Both the position numbers and the translations under genes were made by a program. From positions 12,712,001 to 12,772,000 of the forward strand of contig NC_087251.1 in assembly GCF_037042905.1 (NCBI RefSeq): a stretch of 60,000 bases of DNA, given 5' to 3'. The notes under the pieces are model-generated. The model had not been told where the DNA came from. It saw nothing but the letters and a program-made list of their open reading frames with translations, and searched no databases. Shown in pieces: positions 1-14,320 of the stretch. The DNA is from Lytechinus pictus (lineage: Eukaryota). Every line of letters starts with the position of its first letter. Position 1 is the first letter of the stretch.

Positions 1-324
1 TTATGGTAATACTCCATTAAAACAGGTGGATCCAAAACACATTTATATAATGCCAATTGTTTTAGGGCACAAAATTAACAAAAATCCCTTTCGATCATTT
101 ACCATCTGAGACATAATGATATATCCTATCCCATTTTAATTTTCAATGAATGAATGAAATCTTTGAAATTGTTACAACTTATTGATGCAACAAACAATAT
201 ACTGTATATGACAATGTGTCTTGAACTCGCAACAATTGTGTTGCATCACAAAAAGCTGGGGGTTTCAGTTACAAAAAAAATGTATTATTTACCATTAAAA
301 GTTTTATTTACATTTCTTGTCAAG

Positions 325-623
<299 letters not shown>

Positions 624-636
624 ATCACTGACAATT

Positions 637-777
637 TGTCGGCGTTCTTCTGAACCGTAGTATCAGTCAATTTGGGGGGGGGGTTTAAATCAATATTGAG
701 ATTTTTGCAGAAAATGAAATTATTCTGTTCATAACTAAATTTCTAGGTACCAACTTATTTTAGTTTCTGAGATATGA
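637..777 (-). mobile_element. Terminal fragment of the MITE family seen complete at 52438-53004
   Basis: GGCGTTCTTCTGAACCG..TATCAGTCAATTT..GATTTTTGCAGAAAATGAA..TTCATAACTAAATTTCTAGG..TGAGATATGA is the diverged reverse complement of ~52855-53004; preceded by AATT. Confidence 0.75.
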
Positions 778-1007
778 AACTAAAATAAGTTGAAACTGAC
801 AAATTTATCATCATTATGGTAAGAACTGTTGTTATCCATATGGATGTCAAATTATCGCTACCATTATTATCATATTCATAAAACAGGTTAGGTTTTTTTT
901 AGTAAAGTAAATGAAATTTATTAATTTCAAGAAATGTGTGGCCAAGAATGGAAAATCCTAAACCTAAACAATATGTAAAATATCTACTTCAAGTTAAGAA
1001 TTTTCTA

Positions 1008-1205
1008 GAGCAAAATGATACAACTTTATTCCAATATCTTATTTCTCCTTTCATAATTCAAAAAAAATAATTCTAAAATGAAATATGATGGGAAATCTCA
1101 AGAAAAAGATTATTTAGCAAAATGATACACCATATTTCAAAATCATACTACTCCTTTCATCATTCCAAAGAAATTATTACAAAGTGAAATGATATAGAAA
1201 ATCTG
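1008..1205. repeat. Diverged tandem duplication, two ~90-bp copies about 108 bp apart
   Basis: AGCAAAATGATACA...CTCCTTTCAT.ATTC...GAAAT recurs at ~1008 and ~1116. Confidence 0.7.
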
Positions 1206-1332
1206 TGCATTTATGGCATGAATACTCTTCACAAAACCACAATGACTAAGAGAAAATTAATGAAAATTCTGGACATCTACTGTATCCATCTTCCCTAAAT
1301 CTCAGAGATTCCAATTGCAAACAATAAAGATG

Positions 1333-1396
1333 GTTGCCATGGTAATATCTATGTAAGAAGGTAAGTGTTGCCTGGCAACAGGGTTGCCATGGCAGT
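1333..1396. promoter_or_regulatory. Cluster of three RFX X-box-like motifs
   Basis: GTTGCCATGGTAAT (1333-1346), GTTGCCTGGCAAC (1367-1379), GTTGCCATGGCAGT (1383-1396) versus the X-box palindrome GTTGCCATGGCAAC. Confidence 0.55.
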
Positions 1397-2253
1397 GGCA
1401 TCGGGAAGGAGAAAAGGACCAAGGAGTAAGAAGACATTTCTTATCACTATGAAGCATAGGGAATATGTTAAGGTAACAATTAAAAATCAAATTAGGAAAA
1501 CATTCAGATAGAGATTAAAAGGGATTAAATGCCTTCAAGGGAGATTGAAGTGATCGGTATAAATCATACAAACTCATGAAATTCTGTCTCTCTATATACG
1601 GGACCACTTGGTCACACTTAAGAAGCGATACTATGATAGGAAAGAAAAAAGAAATACTTCAAAAGAATTCATCTAAGGTTCTAAAGAACAGATATTGCCA
1701 ACATTGTGATACTAGTTTATTTTGTAAGATCTCCTTATTCAGCAGCTCTCTGATATCCACATAAATTCAGAAAACACAGTACAGGCTATTTAGGGCCTAC
1801 ATTTAAGTGCTCAAAATGCCATTTTTCAAGAAAATAAAAGTCACAGACAGACCCCCCCCCCATCCCCCACCTAACCACCCCATTCTCCCAAAAAAGTAAT
1901 AAATAAACCCTAAAATACAAATAAAATACCAATAAAACTGTAACTAATAATTAAGGTCTCAAGTTCTCCAGATGAGTCTTTTGCAGACTTTCTTAAAGCA
2001 CCCTCCATGCGAAAAAAAAAACTGAAAACCAAGATCATCAACAAAAGAAAAAAATTCCAGAATGTAATCAGTAATACACAAACAATAAGATTTCAAATTA
2101 TTATCTGCATGATCTTCCCTGAATTATTGTCTTGGAAAATTGTATAATCTATGTCCATTAACCACCTACAAGATCCCATTGTATGACCCTGAGTTTCATA
2201 TCAGCGAAAAATGAGAAAACATATAAAGTTTCAAATTTATTTTGCAATACTTA

Positions 2254-3054
2254 CGGTGCGTTTATGCGCCACTTTTTTACCCTAGAATCATGATCTGAAT
2301 CATGATTCAAATCATAATTCTGCAGAATCACGATTGCGTTTAGTCAAAAGTGAAAATAAACGTCTTTCAAATCACAAACGTGAAACACGGAAAAAGGGGT
2401 GTTTGGAAAGACGTATCTGTAGAATCACGAACGAAAAAGGATGTATAAACGCAATCGTGATTTGAATCATGATTCTATGACGTCACTGTGTTGGGCTACG
2501 TTCGGTTTGACTCTTGCCAAGCTCAAGGCGCTCTATATGCTCAGTGTATGTACATAATTATGTGCTATATGCATGCATTTCTTATCATGTTCAAGTTCTG
2601 TGTGGGTCATCACATCGTCCACTACTTTTCATTTTTTGGTCATGTCTTCAACTTCAAGTTCTAGTAAATGAATTAACTGGACAGACAAAGATCTCAGTTG
2701 TTGTTGATTTGGATCTACGCTGAAATTCACTTCCGAACACAATTTTCGATGAACCGACAAGATGAATAGAAGCATGGATCCTATGATATAAGTTAACAAA
2801 ATGAGGTATAAAAGACTGAATTCTGGAAGCAAAACATTTTTCGAGAGCAGAAACACTTGCGAAAACTTTCCTCTGTCAAACCAAGGAGATATCGCCTCTA
2901 ACTGCGTACTAGTGATGCGCACTGGATTGGCCCGAAATTGAAGAGAAACGGCATTGGAATGAAGGTCGTCTAAACGCTGATATTGTGATTCATGTTTGTG
3001 TTTTGAATCATGATTCAAATCATGATTTTGGCTTGAGGTCGCATAAACGCAGCC
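2254..3054. mobile_element. PIF/Harbinger-type MITE (family A), 801 bp
   Basis: TIRs CGGTGCGTTTATGCG...CGCATAAACGCAGCC, TTA on both sides (2251-2253, 3055-3057), subterminal AATCATGATT palindromes; inverted relative to the copies at 38209-39842. Confidence 0.92.
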
Positions 3055-4039
3055 TTAAACTAACTGAGCTTGACATAAAAGATAAAGGTGGACTGGTACA
3101 GAAATGAGCTGAGATGAAATTCTGTAAACTTATTCAGTGATATGAAAAGGGTAATCCCTTTTCTTTTATATCACATCACTTGACTTGATGCCATTTTGCA
3201 AATCGATATTAGCCATATATGGGAATAATTATGTTTAATTTTAATGAATGTTTCATGTACTGTTTAAATGATTTCATATGAATGAAGGAATGACTGTTTG
3301 AACAATACCCCCCCCCCAAAAAAAAAAAGGGGGGAAGAGATACTGTCATTATGACATTTGAATTTGAGCATCCACCCTTAAACAAATTTAAGAGGTATAT
3401 TGAAATCAGGAACAGTTTCATAAAAACTGTTCATAAGATTTAAGCAAGATTGTAAAAATGACTGGGATGTGAAATTTCATAATCCGAGTTCAAAATATGT
3501 CCATAAATTTGTAAAAATATGAACATTAAGAAAATTATCAAGCTTGAATATTGCTATAAATACAGTCTAATCTGAAATTCATCTTGTGAATTATTCAAGT
3601 GCACAGACCAATTTACTACAGAAAGCATACTGTAGGAGGTTTACAAGCAATTCTGATTGGTGATTGGTCAGTCGTTTGTACATGTATCCAACAATAATTC
3701 TGAATGGCTATTGCATTCTTACTCAATATGATCCATTTTTAATTTAATGTTAAAAATCTAACCAATACAGGAATAAAAGATATCAGCCCCCATCCCCCCA
3801 CCCCTCTCGACCCCTTTTACATTTGCATACACATCCGGCAACATGCCACCATCGTTACACTTAAACGAGTGTAAAATGATTGTAATTTCACTATTATTCA
3901 TCCTCTTGTGTGAAAGTTCTCATGCCCATTACCTCTTCATATGCAATATAAAGAGAGCACGTTTGTTCATCACCCATAGGCTATGTATGAACCCAGCGGA
4001 GTTCGCCATTTTGTAATCGTATGAGGACAAGTATACAAC

Positions 4040-4810
4040 TAACCAATTGATGCGAGCGCGAAGCACGTGCGGAAAAATCGAGATTTACACCTAAAAATGG
4101 GACACTGTTAATTTTTGTAAATCATGAAAATGATAATTGGAAAAATGAAAAATGTTTGATATATTGGATGATTTAAATAGAGAACAAGCTGTGTATCTGA
4201 ATAAACATGCGCGATCTAGAATCTGGGCATTCTAAATACCTTTTTTTAATCATGAAAATCAATAAAGCGATCGCGAAGCGCAAGCTTAAAATATTTTGAT
4301 ATTCCGATCTGAAAAAGGGACAATTTAAGCTCTGTATTTCAAGCACTTTGTAGGAAAATTGTGAGGTGGATATGGATCAAAGTTTCAAAAAAGCTGATAT
4401 GTTTCAATATTATTCCTTTGAGTTTTGACATAGGACCGGGACATCCTAAGAACATTATGTCATCAAATGAAAATGATGACTATCTTCCTATTTCTCTTCC
4501 TAAGCGCGAAATAGAACTTGTCGATATTCCATTCTGAAAAAAAGGACATAGTGATTATTAAATTAATATCTTATTTATTAATCTAATAAGCCTAATGACA
4601 GCGCAAAATCTGTTAATATTATGGCTTGAAAACTGGACCTTTAAAGCACTTTTGTAATTATGATGCACGAGTTAATATATTTTCAACAATCAATGCGAGC
4701 GCAAATCGCAAGCCAAAATTTTTGATAAACTGTCATGAAATGGGGATTTTAAGTAGTTTGTTATAGAATTAATATTGAGATACTGTATATATACATAATT
4801 CACCAGGTTT
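4040..4810. repeat. Old interspersed repeat with recurring GCGAGCGCGAAGCGCG-like motifs (unclassified)
   Basis: Degenerate GCGAGCGCGAAGC / GCGATCGCGAAGCGC / GCGAGCGCAAATCGC at ~4052, ~4267 and ~4695; no clean ends seen. Confidence 0.5.
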
Positions 4811-5810
4811 ATTGGAAAGAGAGGGGGAAAGGAACACCCCCCTTCTCCCGATCTGCTTGAGACAACATCATACCTCCAACTTTCTTCTTCTTTCTCTTTT
4901 TTATATATTTCTTGTACATACCATCTCAAGATCTTATTTATTTTTAATAGTAATTCCTATTGATTTTTATAGCGTAAACAGATTTTACCTTTTATAATTA
5001 CAATTCTATACGTGTTGAGGACCCCGCTGGAAATAAGCTTTCAAACTATCCTGTTAAAGATTACTGACTTTTATTTTTATTTAATTTCATTTCATATTCT
5101 GCGGCTCGCGTGCTAGGAATGAACTTGATTTTTCTCTCAATCACGAAAATCATTGTGGAAAAGGTTATCCAACATGCATTGATATACTTGTAAAATTGAT
5201 TGTCATGTATCATTTACACACAAAAAATAGAATATAACCCTTCTTTTGGAGAACTATTATTAAGTAGTTCGAATCTAACAATTTTCTTTTAAAAATATAT
5301 CTGATTTCAAATGCCTGCCATTTCTAAAAAAAACTGGAATTAATAATCCACCGCCATTATCAGTTATGAAAAATTCTAGGAAATGTACAAAGATACTTTT
5401 GAAAAAATTAAAATTTAAGGGGATTTGAAAATAAGGATTTTGCAATGCTATAACAAATTTCTGTTATATTTTCATCAATTTTGGGATTGCATCGAAATGA
5501 CTGATAATTCGAAGTCTTACCCACACTTGCTTTTAAATTTGGTATATGTTGGTACACTGATAGTCAACGTAAATGATAAACATTCATAGCCTCACTAAAA
5601 TTCAACGATTTCATTGTTTTTAGGATTTTAATGTCGCAGACATTTTAGAGAGTGAGCAAAGTGAAGCTAACGAACGTCGCTAACAATATTGTAAGGCGAG
5701 AAGGCCTTTCAATGGTGCGCTCCGCTGAGTTGAGGCCATGAACATACGTGAGAGATACTCAGAGATCAATGTACGTCAAGCAATAATCCACATGGAATCT
5801 CCATATAAAT

Positions 5811-6893
5811 CAGTCAGTCCGCAAGCCCTGAAAAAGTAGCTTCTTTTATCCAAGTGATATTCATGACAAGAGGGTTTTTGCATAGTTAATGAGCTTGGTG
5901 CGAACCAAAACACCTCTTTTTATTCGGCCATTGCTGCTCTAAATATTGACCAAATTTCATGTTTTTGGTATCTTTGTAAAGAAGAAGAATCATTCTTTTA
6001 GGTCATGTGTTTGGATTTTTAAAAGAATGTTGTAATATAGGAAAAACTGTAGATCTAAAACATGAAACAAAATATTTTTTTTACATGCAACAAAAGTTGT
6101 TGTTTTCACACTTAATTTCTGTTTAGGCACAAATGATTTTTAAATCATGATAAAGCTGAAGATCTAAGCTTTAATATGATATAATTTTTATAAGAAGATG
6201 TATTTTAGATGGGTCAGCAGCCAGCTTTTCATGGGCCAAGTACATTTTGCAGCTCAAAAACAAGAATACTGCGCTCTGATTGGTCATAGACCACACACCC
6301 ACGCAAATTCCAATGTTCCCCACACTGGGCCTCTGCAAGGTCACACTCACCATGTGGTAATCTCTTCAAATTACCCGCGCCTGTTTGTTTTGAAAACAGT
6401 ATTCAGCCAATCAGAACTCTGGATTTTATGTTACTCAGAAATTTCAGAAATCTCGTCTTGCATCTTGATGGATATAACTGGCTGCTGACCCATCTAAAAG
6501 ATGCCACATATCAAGAGTGACATTGTAAGAAAGTATAGAGTTTGAGCTTTCTGATGATATAAATAATGTTGGTGCCTAAAACACAAAATGTTGCACAATT
6601 TGCAAGTGAAAACACAGGAAGAAAATTCTGTTTGATGCATCTTTTCAGGTAAAAAATTCACTTATTTATCAAAATATTTCATTCAAAAGAAATGACCAAT
6701 ATAAAAGGGTAACATTTACTCTTGCCCATGGTACAAAAATAATCAATATTACTCAAGGAGAAAGTGGTTAAATTCTTTGAGAAAGAAAGTCTCACAATTC
6801 ACGAGATTTTGCAGGGACATGAATTCAGCCACGAGATGACTTGGATAAATCTTGCTCATTTGCTCATTAACACAGGGGCTTGCGGACTGACTG
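5811..6893. mobile_element. Non-autonomous DNA transposon, Sola1-like (4-bp AWWT TSD), 1083 bp
   Basis: TIR CAGTCAGTCCGCAAGCCC ... GGGCTTGCGGACTGACTG; AAAT on both sides (5807-5810, 6894-6897). Superfamily inferred from TSD only. Confidence 0.85.
6203..6499. repeat. Perfect 22-bp inverted repeat inside the 5811-6893 element
   Basis: TTTTAGATGGGTCAGCAGCCAG (6203-6224) / CTGGCTGCTGACCCATCTAAAA (6478-6499). Confidence 0.9.
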
Positions 6894-9146
6894 AAATCCA
6901 ATTATTTTTCAACTGCCACAAACCAATAACCATAAGTATGCGGGGGAAAATCCCTGTATTATTATCAACTGCCTTTATGAACAGCAAATTGTATTCTTCA
7001 ATTACTCTCCTTGCAATACATGAATAATCTCATGGCCAATGAACAAGTTTTCTTTAAAAAAAATTGAAGTGTTAGTACAAATGTGTAATTTAATGATTAC
7101 AAAAGTAATGATTTTTGTGATCTTTTATATCAGCAATTGAGGAATATAATGGGTGTAGAGGTCCAATATTATAGTTATTACAGAATATCCTGTTCCATAT
7201 CTGAATAAACAAGTCCAAATTACTATCTCAATTCAATTTTATCCAAAGTAATTTCAAAGTCATATGAGACAAACAACTTTATCAAGAAACAAATACACAC
7301 AAGAATGGACTTCAACATGAGCCTATTATACATGTATATACATCTTATTGGAAACATTATTTTATTCATTCAGAAATGAACCAAATGATTTTTTTGTCTG
7401 TTTTACCATCAAATGTCTCAATACACACATGTTAAGAAATATTCAAATAAGATATTGCATCTTCTGTTGTTGTGACTGTTGAGTGTTGAAGCCTCTACGG
7501 AATTTTTTTTGAGAAATTAAAATCAAACGAATTGCTGCCCTCTTAAGTTCAACTTCTTATATTCACAGATTCACTACAATGGCACACAATTCATTAATTT
7601 GCATAGACTGTGCCTGTGTATGTTATTTTCTAAATTACTGAATTACTAAATGAAATTATATATATATATTTTATTTTCAGCCAAAACAACATTTTTTCAA
7701 CACTCAGGTCTTGTAAAGGCTGTTTCTATTTCCATGCTGTCTATACATGAAATATTTTATTGCATATTACTGTATACACATTGCTGTGTCCATCCATCAC
7801 CATTTATGAACTCCTTCCAGTGGCTCATTTCATTCATCATCCCTGTATAGCATCCCGTATGAGCTGCCAAAGGGGTTACTTCATTGAAGTATAAAAGCAT
7901 CAAGTAATTGTTGGTGATTTTTTTTTTTTGCTCATTGTTTCTGTAACCTGAAAATCATATTCTAAAATGACATATGTATATGCTCAAAATTGTATCGTCT
8001 ATGGTGGGGAGTATCTTAAAATAGTAAAAATTGAAGATGACATACATGTAGGAATCTGGACTTAATATTCTGGTTTTATGAATATGGGCCCAGGTTCTTG
8101 TAATGGGCCTTTTGAATATTTCTCTTGGTGAGAAAGTAGGCCTATTTACTAAGAATCTCTGTCTGTAATCATCAAACACACTTCATTCAAATTTTATTTG
8201 GTATCAAGGTTGGGTTTTTTCTTCTTCTTGTAGTTGTAGTGAATATAAAGCTGAATAACCTCACAATATTCCCTAAAAATTCACTGATGTTCACTCCCTT
8301 TAATAAAAAAGTAACTGTTTTTATTTTTCCTTTTTTATTTAAAGGTGGCAAGCATTTAACCAGGGTACACAATGTGAAATCTTGAGTAAACAATACATGA
8401 CGTCAATAGGTCTCTCCTTCAATAATTATACGAGCACTATTAGTACAAAACCATTCTGAATGAAAGGTTGAGAAATCAGTTTGCATACATTGCATTAGTG
8501 GGGTTTTTATCAAAGGACACATATTGACAGAGCAATAGGCAAATACAGGTTAGTATATATCATGAACCTCATCGATAAGAGAGAAATTAACCCTAATATT
8601 AGACATGGGTAGGATTGACGCTCATGATATGCCACTAGACAGGTAGTGGAACAATCTGTTGCAAGATATCTTATGGTGCATTCTAACAAAGATTATTTCA
8701 AGCCCTCTTGATCGCCAATATACCTGTGAATTTATGATAACTTGTTCAGACGGCAGAATCGGGCGATTTTTTTTTTTCGGGGGCTACTTTTTACAATTTA
8801 CTGCCTAAATATAGATCATTGGATAAGCTTTTACATTGCAATGAATGGGGATTTTCCAGGGCTCCTTTTTTTTTCTTAGTTTCCAGTGCTCTTTTGAGCA
8901 TTTCGGGGGCCAAATCAGCCTGAGCCCCCATGTTAGTTTTACCTGACCAAAATATGGATTTTCTATATTCATATTTACCCAAACCAGACCCTGTTTCTTT
9001 TCATCTAAAAAAAAAGTGAATGCATAATGTTACGGTAATACTCATGCATTGAATATCATCGGATAAGATAATTCTCAGATGGAGAAAAAAAAACACCTAA
9101 ATTTATCATTATTACAAGTTCTACCTTAAAAAAAAAACGTTGTTAA

Positions 9147-9990
9147 AGGGGAAGTTCACCCTGACAAAAAGTTTATTGTGAAAACTGAAGAAAAATAATA
9201 AAAATATTGCCAAAGGTTTGAGAAAAATCCATCAAAGAATAAAAAAGTTATTAGAATTTTAATTATTTGATTTGTGACGTCATATGCGAGCAGCTTTCCT
9301 ACATATTGTATGGTAACAAATCAATGAAATGTCATTCTCTCAGAAAATTAAAGTGATTGGCTAACATTGATTCGACTTTCAAAAAATCTGAGCTAGAAGG
9401 TCATACTTGTCACCTGTGTCTGTGATATGTTACAGAAATGCAGCCCGGAAATCATTATTTAGTGCTTCAAAAAGTGAAATATAAAGTGACCGGAAACACC
9501 ATCTTAATTTCATACCATACACTTGTGTTCTATTTAAGCATCTTTAAGACGCCTAATTACAAAATTGGATTTTGCCTTGTATTTTTAGCTTTTCATTCTC
9601 AATAATGGTTGTTTTCAGGGTTTTTTAGTTTAAATACATGTACTTGTACACATGTTTCATCTTGGTTTGAGAATTTTTTTAATCGGCTGCTCACAAAGTT
9701 AAATAATACCTTTAAAAGTAATGTTTACTCTACCTTCAGTATAACAATAGACAAATCATTTTACACCCATGCCTGAAGGGAAAAAAGTCATCATGAACCA
9801 TAACAAAATTGAAATTTATGCATTTTATATTACATTACATATGAACAGCTGCTCGATTACGTCGTCACAAATCCAAAACTTAAAATTCTAATAACTTTCT
9901 TAATCTTAGATGGATTTTCTTCAAACAATATTTTAAAATATTTTTCTGCTATTTTTATAACAAAACTTTTCTTCAGGGTGAACTTCCCCT
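9147..9990. mobile_element. Kolobok-like MITE (TTAA TSD) with a nested insertion
   Basis: TTAA|AGGGGAAGTTCACCCTGA ... TCAGGGTGAACTTCCCCT|TTAA; purine-purine 5' terminus with TTAA fits Kolobok rather than piggyBac. Confidence 0.9.
9352..9711. mobile_element. Second TTAA-targeting MITE nested in 9147-9990
   Basis: TTAA (9348-9351)|AGTGATTGGCTAAC ... GTTAAATAATACCT|TTAA (9712-9715); imperfect TIRs; interrupts the host's mirror symmetry. Confidence 0.7.
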
Positions 9991-11005
9991 TTAAATAAAT
10001 CAACAGAGAAAAGTTTTCCTATTAAAAGGAACTTTCAATAGACATGATTTCAAAGTGATACAAAACCACAACGATGTATTCCTCAGCTAACAAAATGACA
10101 GTTTAATATTTGACTATCTCCATACGGATGTATCAGAAAATGGAAGAAATTAAGAGAACTTGAACTTCTCAATAGGCATTGAGCCAGCTACCAATTGACA
10201 GGAATCATTATTGTAATGAACTGGAAACATGAAATAAAAAATTATGCCAATGTTGATGATGTTCACTATCACCCCTATGTGATACCATCATCCGGTTTGA
10301 AATTCAAGGAAATTCTACTTGCGTCACACGAAAGCATTGACATTTATGCAACTCTGAAATCTCGGTGTCCTCTTACACTTGAGGATAAAATTCAACCCAT
10401 ATTATTTTCATTGCTATTTTATTTCATGGATAGATTCTAACGAAGCTTACTGATCCTAGCAAAAGCATTTTCCTCTTTGGTAGTATGCCCCAAAATTTAC
10501 TGGGGAAGATCCAATATTTCGTAGTAGGCAGGGGAATGCATGATATATAATGGAACTAGACTATGTTTGAATGTCAAATTACCTATTTGATTGGAATAAT
10601 ATTCTACTCCTAAATTCATATAGTTCGTATATGGAAATGGCATGTCTAGGAACTTTATAGATAGACGACAGTATCATTAGTTAGGATCCAGGAGGGTGGC
10701 AGAAATGTGGGCGCACAAGGCACAATTTTTGAAAACATAATGGTGCATCACGTAGTATATCCTTTATTCAAATTTTTGACTGATTTTTTTTTGCTTGTTC
10801 ACTTTTTGGACAAATCAGCAACCCGTTAATGTCTGACTTTGGATCCAAACCTGTATTACCCTGATCATTGGAATCTGACTTGTTTGCATGTATGCACAAT
10901 ATCCACTCCATGGGGAGTATTGCAGCAACAATTCCTAAGCCAACAATAATGGTAAGCACATCTTAAAGGGTAACCATTTTAACACCAGGGTGGCCAGAGA
11001 CAAAA

Positions 11006-11677
11006 GGGCCGTCTGCGCCAGCCCAAGTTTTCAAATAATCACGCCATTTCTGATCCGGCAAATTATCCCAATCTGAACGATCTTGAGATTATTTGTAATG
11101 GAGACGCAATCATCGCAATAGTTTGCTTGAATTCTCATGAGATTGCAATCCTAAATCAACTTAGGATTATTTGCAAAATAGCGGGCTATTCAACTAATTA
11201 TACCATTAATTCGCAGGCGCAGACCCACTCAAAATTTGACTCAGGATTATTCATTCATGGCATAAGACCATAATGCGATTCGCTTCTTACTTCCACCTTC
11301 GTCTTCCAAAACATAAACACGAGTCGACCTGTTAAGGGCTTTTTAATTTACTGGTACGTACGCTAAGATTAGATGCATCATATTTAAAAAAGAATACATC
11401 ACTAACTTGCTGAACTTAAAAGACTGAACGGACGATTTCGGTGAATTGATTGGGAGTATGACCGTTGGAAGTTATTGACAAGCGCATGCTGTTGAAACTC
11501 TAAAGATCCTGAAGTGCGCATGCTTGAAATATTGGGCATGATGCCTCACTCAAGCACAAATCGCTCTTCTTGCACTGCATGGATATGAGGTTTCTTGAAT
11601 CTCGAGATTAATTGCGAAGAGGGCTGATTGGGCTAGAATCTCAAGGTTGAGCAAACTCTGGCTGGTGCAGCAACTCC
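11006..11677 (-). mobile_element. Harbinger-like MITE (family B), diverged 672-bp copy
   Basis: Ends GGGCCGTCTGCGCCAGCCC ... GGCTGGTGCAGCAACTCC are reverse complements of the ends of 17974-18868 and 43390-43788. Confidence 0.85.
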
Positions 11678-11680
11678 TTA

Positions 11681-11790
11681 AGTGTAGATTAGTGTCCTGC
11701 CAAATGCAGTCTAGTGCCACACAGTGAGATTTGAACACATGACCTTCTGATTACAAGACAAGTGCCAGAACCACAACACCACATTGCTTT
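11681..11790 (-). mobile_element. tRNA-derived SINE 5' fragment
   Basis: Minus strand reads TGTGGTGTTGTGGTT (A-box-like) ... GTGTTCAAATCTCAC (B-box-like), then a tRNA-unrelated body; too degenerate for a tRNA gene. Confidence 0.6.
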
Positions 11791-12505
11791 CACACCAAGA
11801 TAGGAAATATTTTTTATTTTTTCAGGGGCTGTCATTTTCTCCACACTGTTGCGATTGCAGAAATTTGGGGGCTATTTCTTTAATTTTAAGGGCTACTTTT
11901 TAGGGGTAACAAGTAAATATGCAGTAACGGTAAAACCAAGTATCATTATCCTGCAATAGTTAGAATAATGACTTTCTCATTAACCTTGAATATTTTTTGT
12001 GACAGATCTTGTGGCGACTCTAGATTGAATGGTGGTCTTTCAGCAGTCTTTAAGAGTTCTTTGAGGGGTCTTTCTGAGCAATTCCACAGATGACAAATTT
12101 CAGTGATCTTCGAGACTGCTGTAAGGCCTAGCCAATTTTTAGAATTTCAAAGGTCCTTCAAAGGTCTCCCCTCTGTTGAATGGGGGGCCTAACACTGGTA
12201 GGCCTAAAGTAAAATAAATACGATGAAGGAACATATGCTCTAGGCCTATATCAAATGCAACCATTTTATTCAAAAATGCATTTAATACATCATCTGCTGG
12301 TTCTATGACATTGCTCAAGCGACAATTACTTTAATAAAAAATCTGTATGGTAAGCCAAACATGAAATTATTCTATAATACGAAATAAATCCTAATCCTTA
12401 TTTTTACATAATTCCAAACCAAAACTCTATTACAATCATAACTCTAACCCTATGCCCTCAGAGATATTAAGACCGGAGCAAATGTCATGTCAACCACCTT
12501 TTGAC

Positions 12506-12937
12506 ATGGATTAGTGATAGCTGAAATACAAACATGTATGACGTTCAGAAATTAGTAATACCAGAGCATTACTATTTTCAGGTATGAGATATACCACAGA
12601 AGGCAATTTCAAATAGCATAACGTCTGCTGGTCATCAATCTCAATCTACCCTGGGAGATTTATATCCAAATGGTGATTTATATCCAAATTCCCTCTGAAA
12701 ACTTAAATAGTCCGCCTTTAATGTAGAATTGTGTTGCATAATTGTACTGGTACTACTACAGAACAGTATCAAGTTATGAAATTGATCATGTAACTTTTGC
12801 TGTATATATCAAATAAAACAGGTTTATCACATTTTAATACGTCATATTCTACTTAATGGATTAGTAATAGGTCATATACAAATATGTGTGACGTTCAGAA
12901 ATTGATAATACCAGTGCATTACTATTTTAATGTATGT
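12506..12937. repeat. Diverged ~80-bp direct repeat pair about 350 bp apart
   Basis: ATGGATTAGT.ATAG...TGACGTTCAGAAATT...ATACCAG.GCATTACTATTTT at ~12506 and ~12857. Confidence 0.75.
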
Positions 12938-14320
12938 CACAAAACTGATTGATATGAGCATTATAATAATAGTTGTACAAACACAGCAATTTAAAGAGAA
13001 GGTTTCATCTCCACTTCAGAAGGGTTTGATAGAAGCAGAAAATAAAAAATCCAGAGGATAACTTAATTTTCAATTTTTAATAGCACATGTATGTGACCAG
13101 CGTCTCCATACATGTATATGTGTCATGTGATACAAATTCCCCAAAATATCAATTTCAACAAATATATTTTTTCTGAACCATCAATATTCATGAACACCAC
13201 TTAAAAGTTGAAACTTATCGAGTTTTATATTATACAACATACAAAGGCAGCTTGCTCACTGAAGTCATAAATCAAAATGAGTAACAAAATTTGTTCACAT
13301 CAAACAAAAAAGAAATATTAACAAACATCTAATAATTCAGGAAATCACTTATTCGTGATTCCATGAACCTGGCGGCTTCGGAATAGAATAACTAACATCA
13401 AAGGCAATAAAGCAGCTGTAGTTTATTTCATGCTTCCTTATAAAAGGAAAGCTGTTCAATTATATTCATGCTGCCCATTGGAACTTCTTGTATCATTGTC
13501 CCAAGTCATCTACAAACATTGCCGGACAATACAGGAGAATCAATCAAATCCAAACTTAATTGGTTTTCTGTATGAAGCCTTCTTTAAAATGATTATTTTC
13601 TTTACTTCATCGATTGAGTCACATATTAATTAATTCTTAATAATTGAAGTATTTGTTTACTACATAATTGAAAGAAAATTCCATATTGTAATTTGAATGG
13701 TACCTACACACATTTGATCAGGGTACTGTGAGTTAAAATTGACACCATATACATTTAAAAGATCATAATATAAAAAAAATATAACTTCAACACCAGAATG
13801 TATAATTTCTAACATTAATCCATTTTTTTTATAAGCCAGCATGCATTGTCTCTGATTTTTTTGTAAATTCATAGTGAGTATACTACAAAAAAATCATTAA
13901 AAAAGGGAAGCTGAATACCAGGAAAACAGACCTTGATAGAATTACGAAGAAACTTAACTTTATCTTTATAAGTGTGAATATCAAAGGTGGAATAGAGAAG
14001 GATCAATTTGCTAATTAGCTGATGGAAAGGTTATCCTGCATATAACTTTAAACAAAATTTTATACTATGATTTATCTGCACAAACAAGTATTTTTGACCT
14101 TTAGAATGTACCAGGATGAATCAATGTACATGTAAGCATCATCACACAATTGCCTTTATGGAATATTAGCGAGACATCCAAACCCATAAAAGATGTATGT
14201 AAGCTTAGGTACACAAGTTCTAAAAAAGAAAAAATAGCAATATAATGTATGCAACCTTTGAAATAATGTACAGGTTCTTTCTAGGAAGGTATTATTTTCC
14301 TGGTTCATAACTTGACATAC

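Noticed and set aside
8047..8163. Minus-strand AG...GTATGT exon candidate (QRFLVNRPTFSPREIFKRP...)
   Set aside because: Stops in the phase needed after the 14321 exon; its donor is created by a TACATGTA motif and it contains a TAGGCCTA.
11700..11790. tRNA gene
   Set aside because: A/B boxes are degenerate, the cloverleaf does not close and it continues into a SINE-type body.
11985..12120. Open minus-strand frame AVSKITEICHLWNCSERPLKELLK...
   Set aside because: No convincing splice pair or protein motif; probably an eroded repeat.
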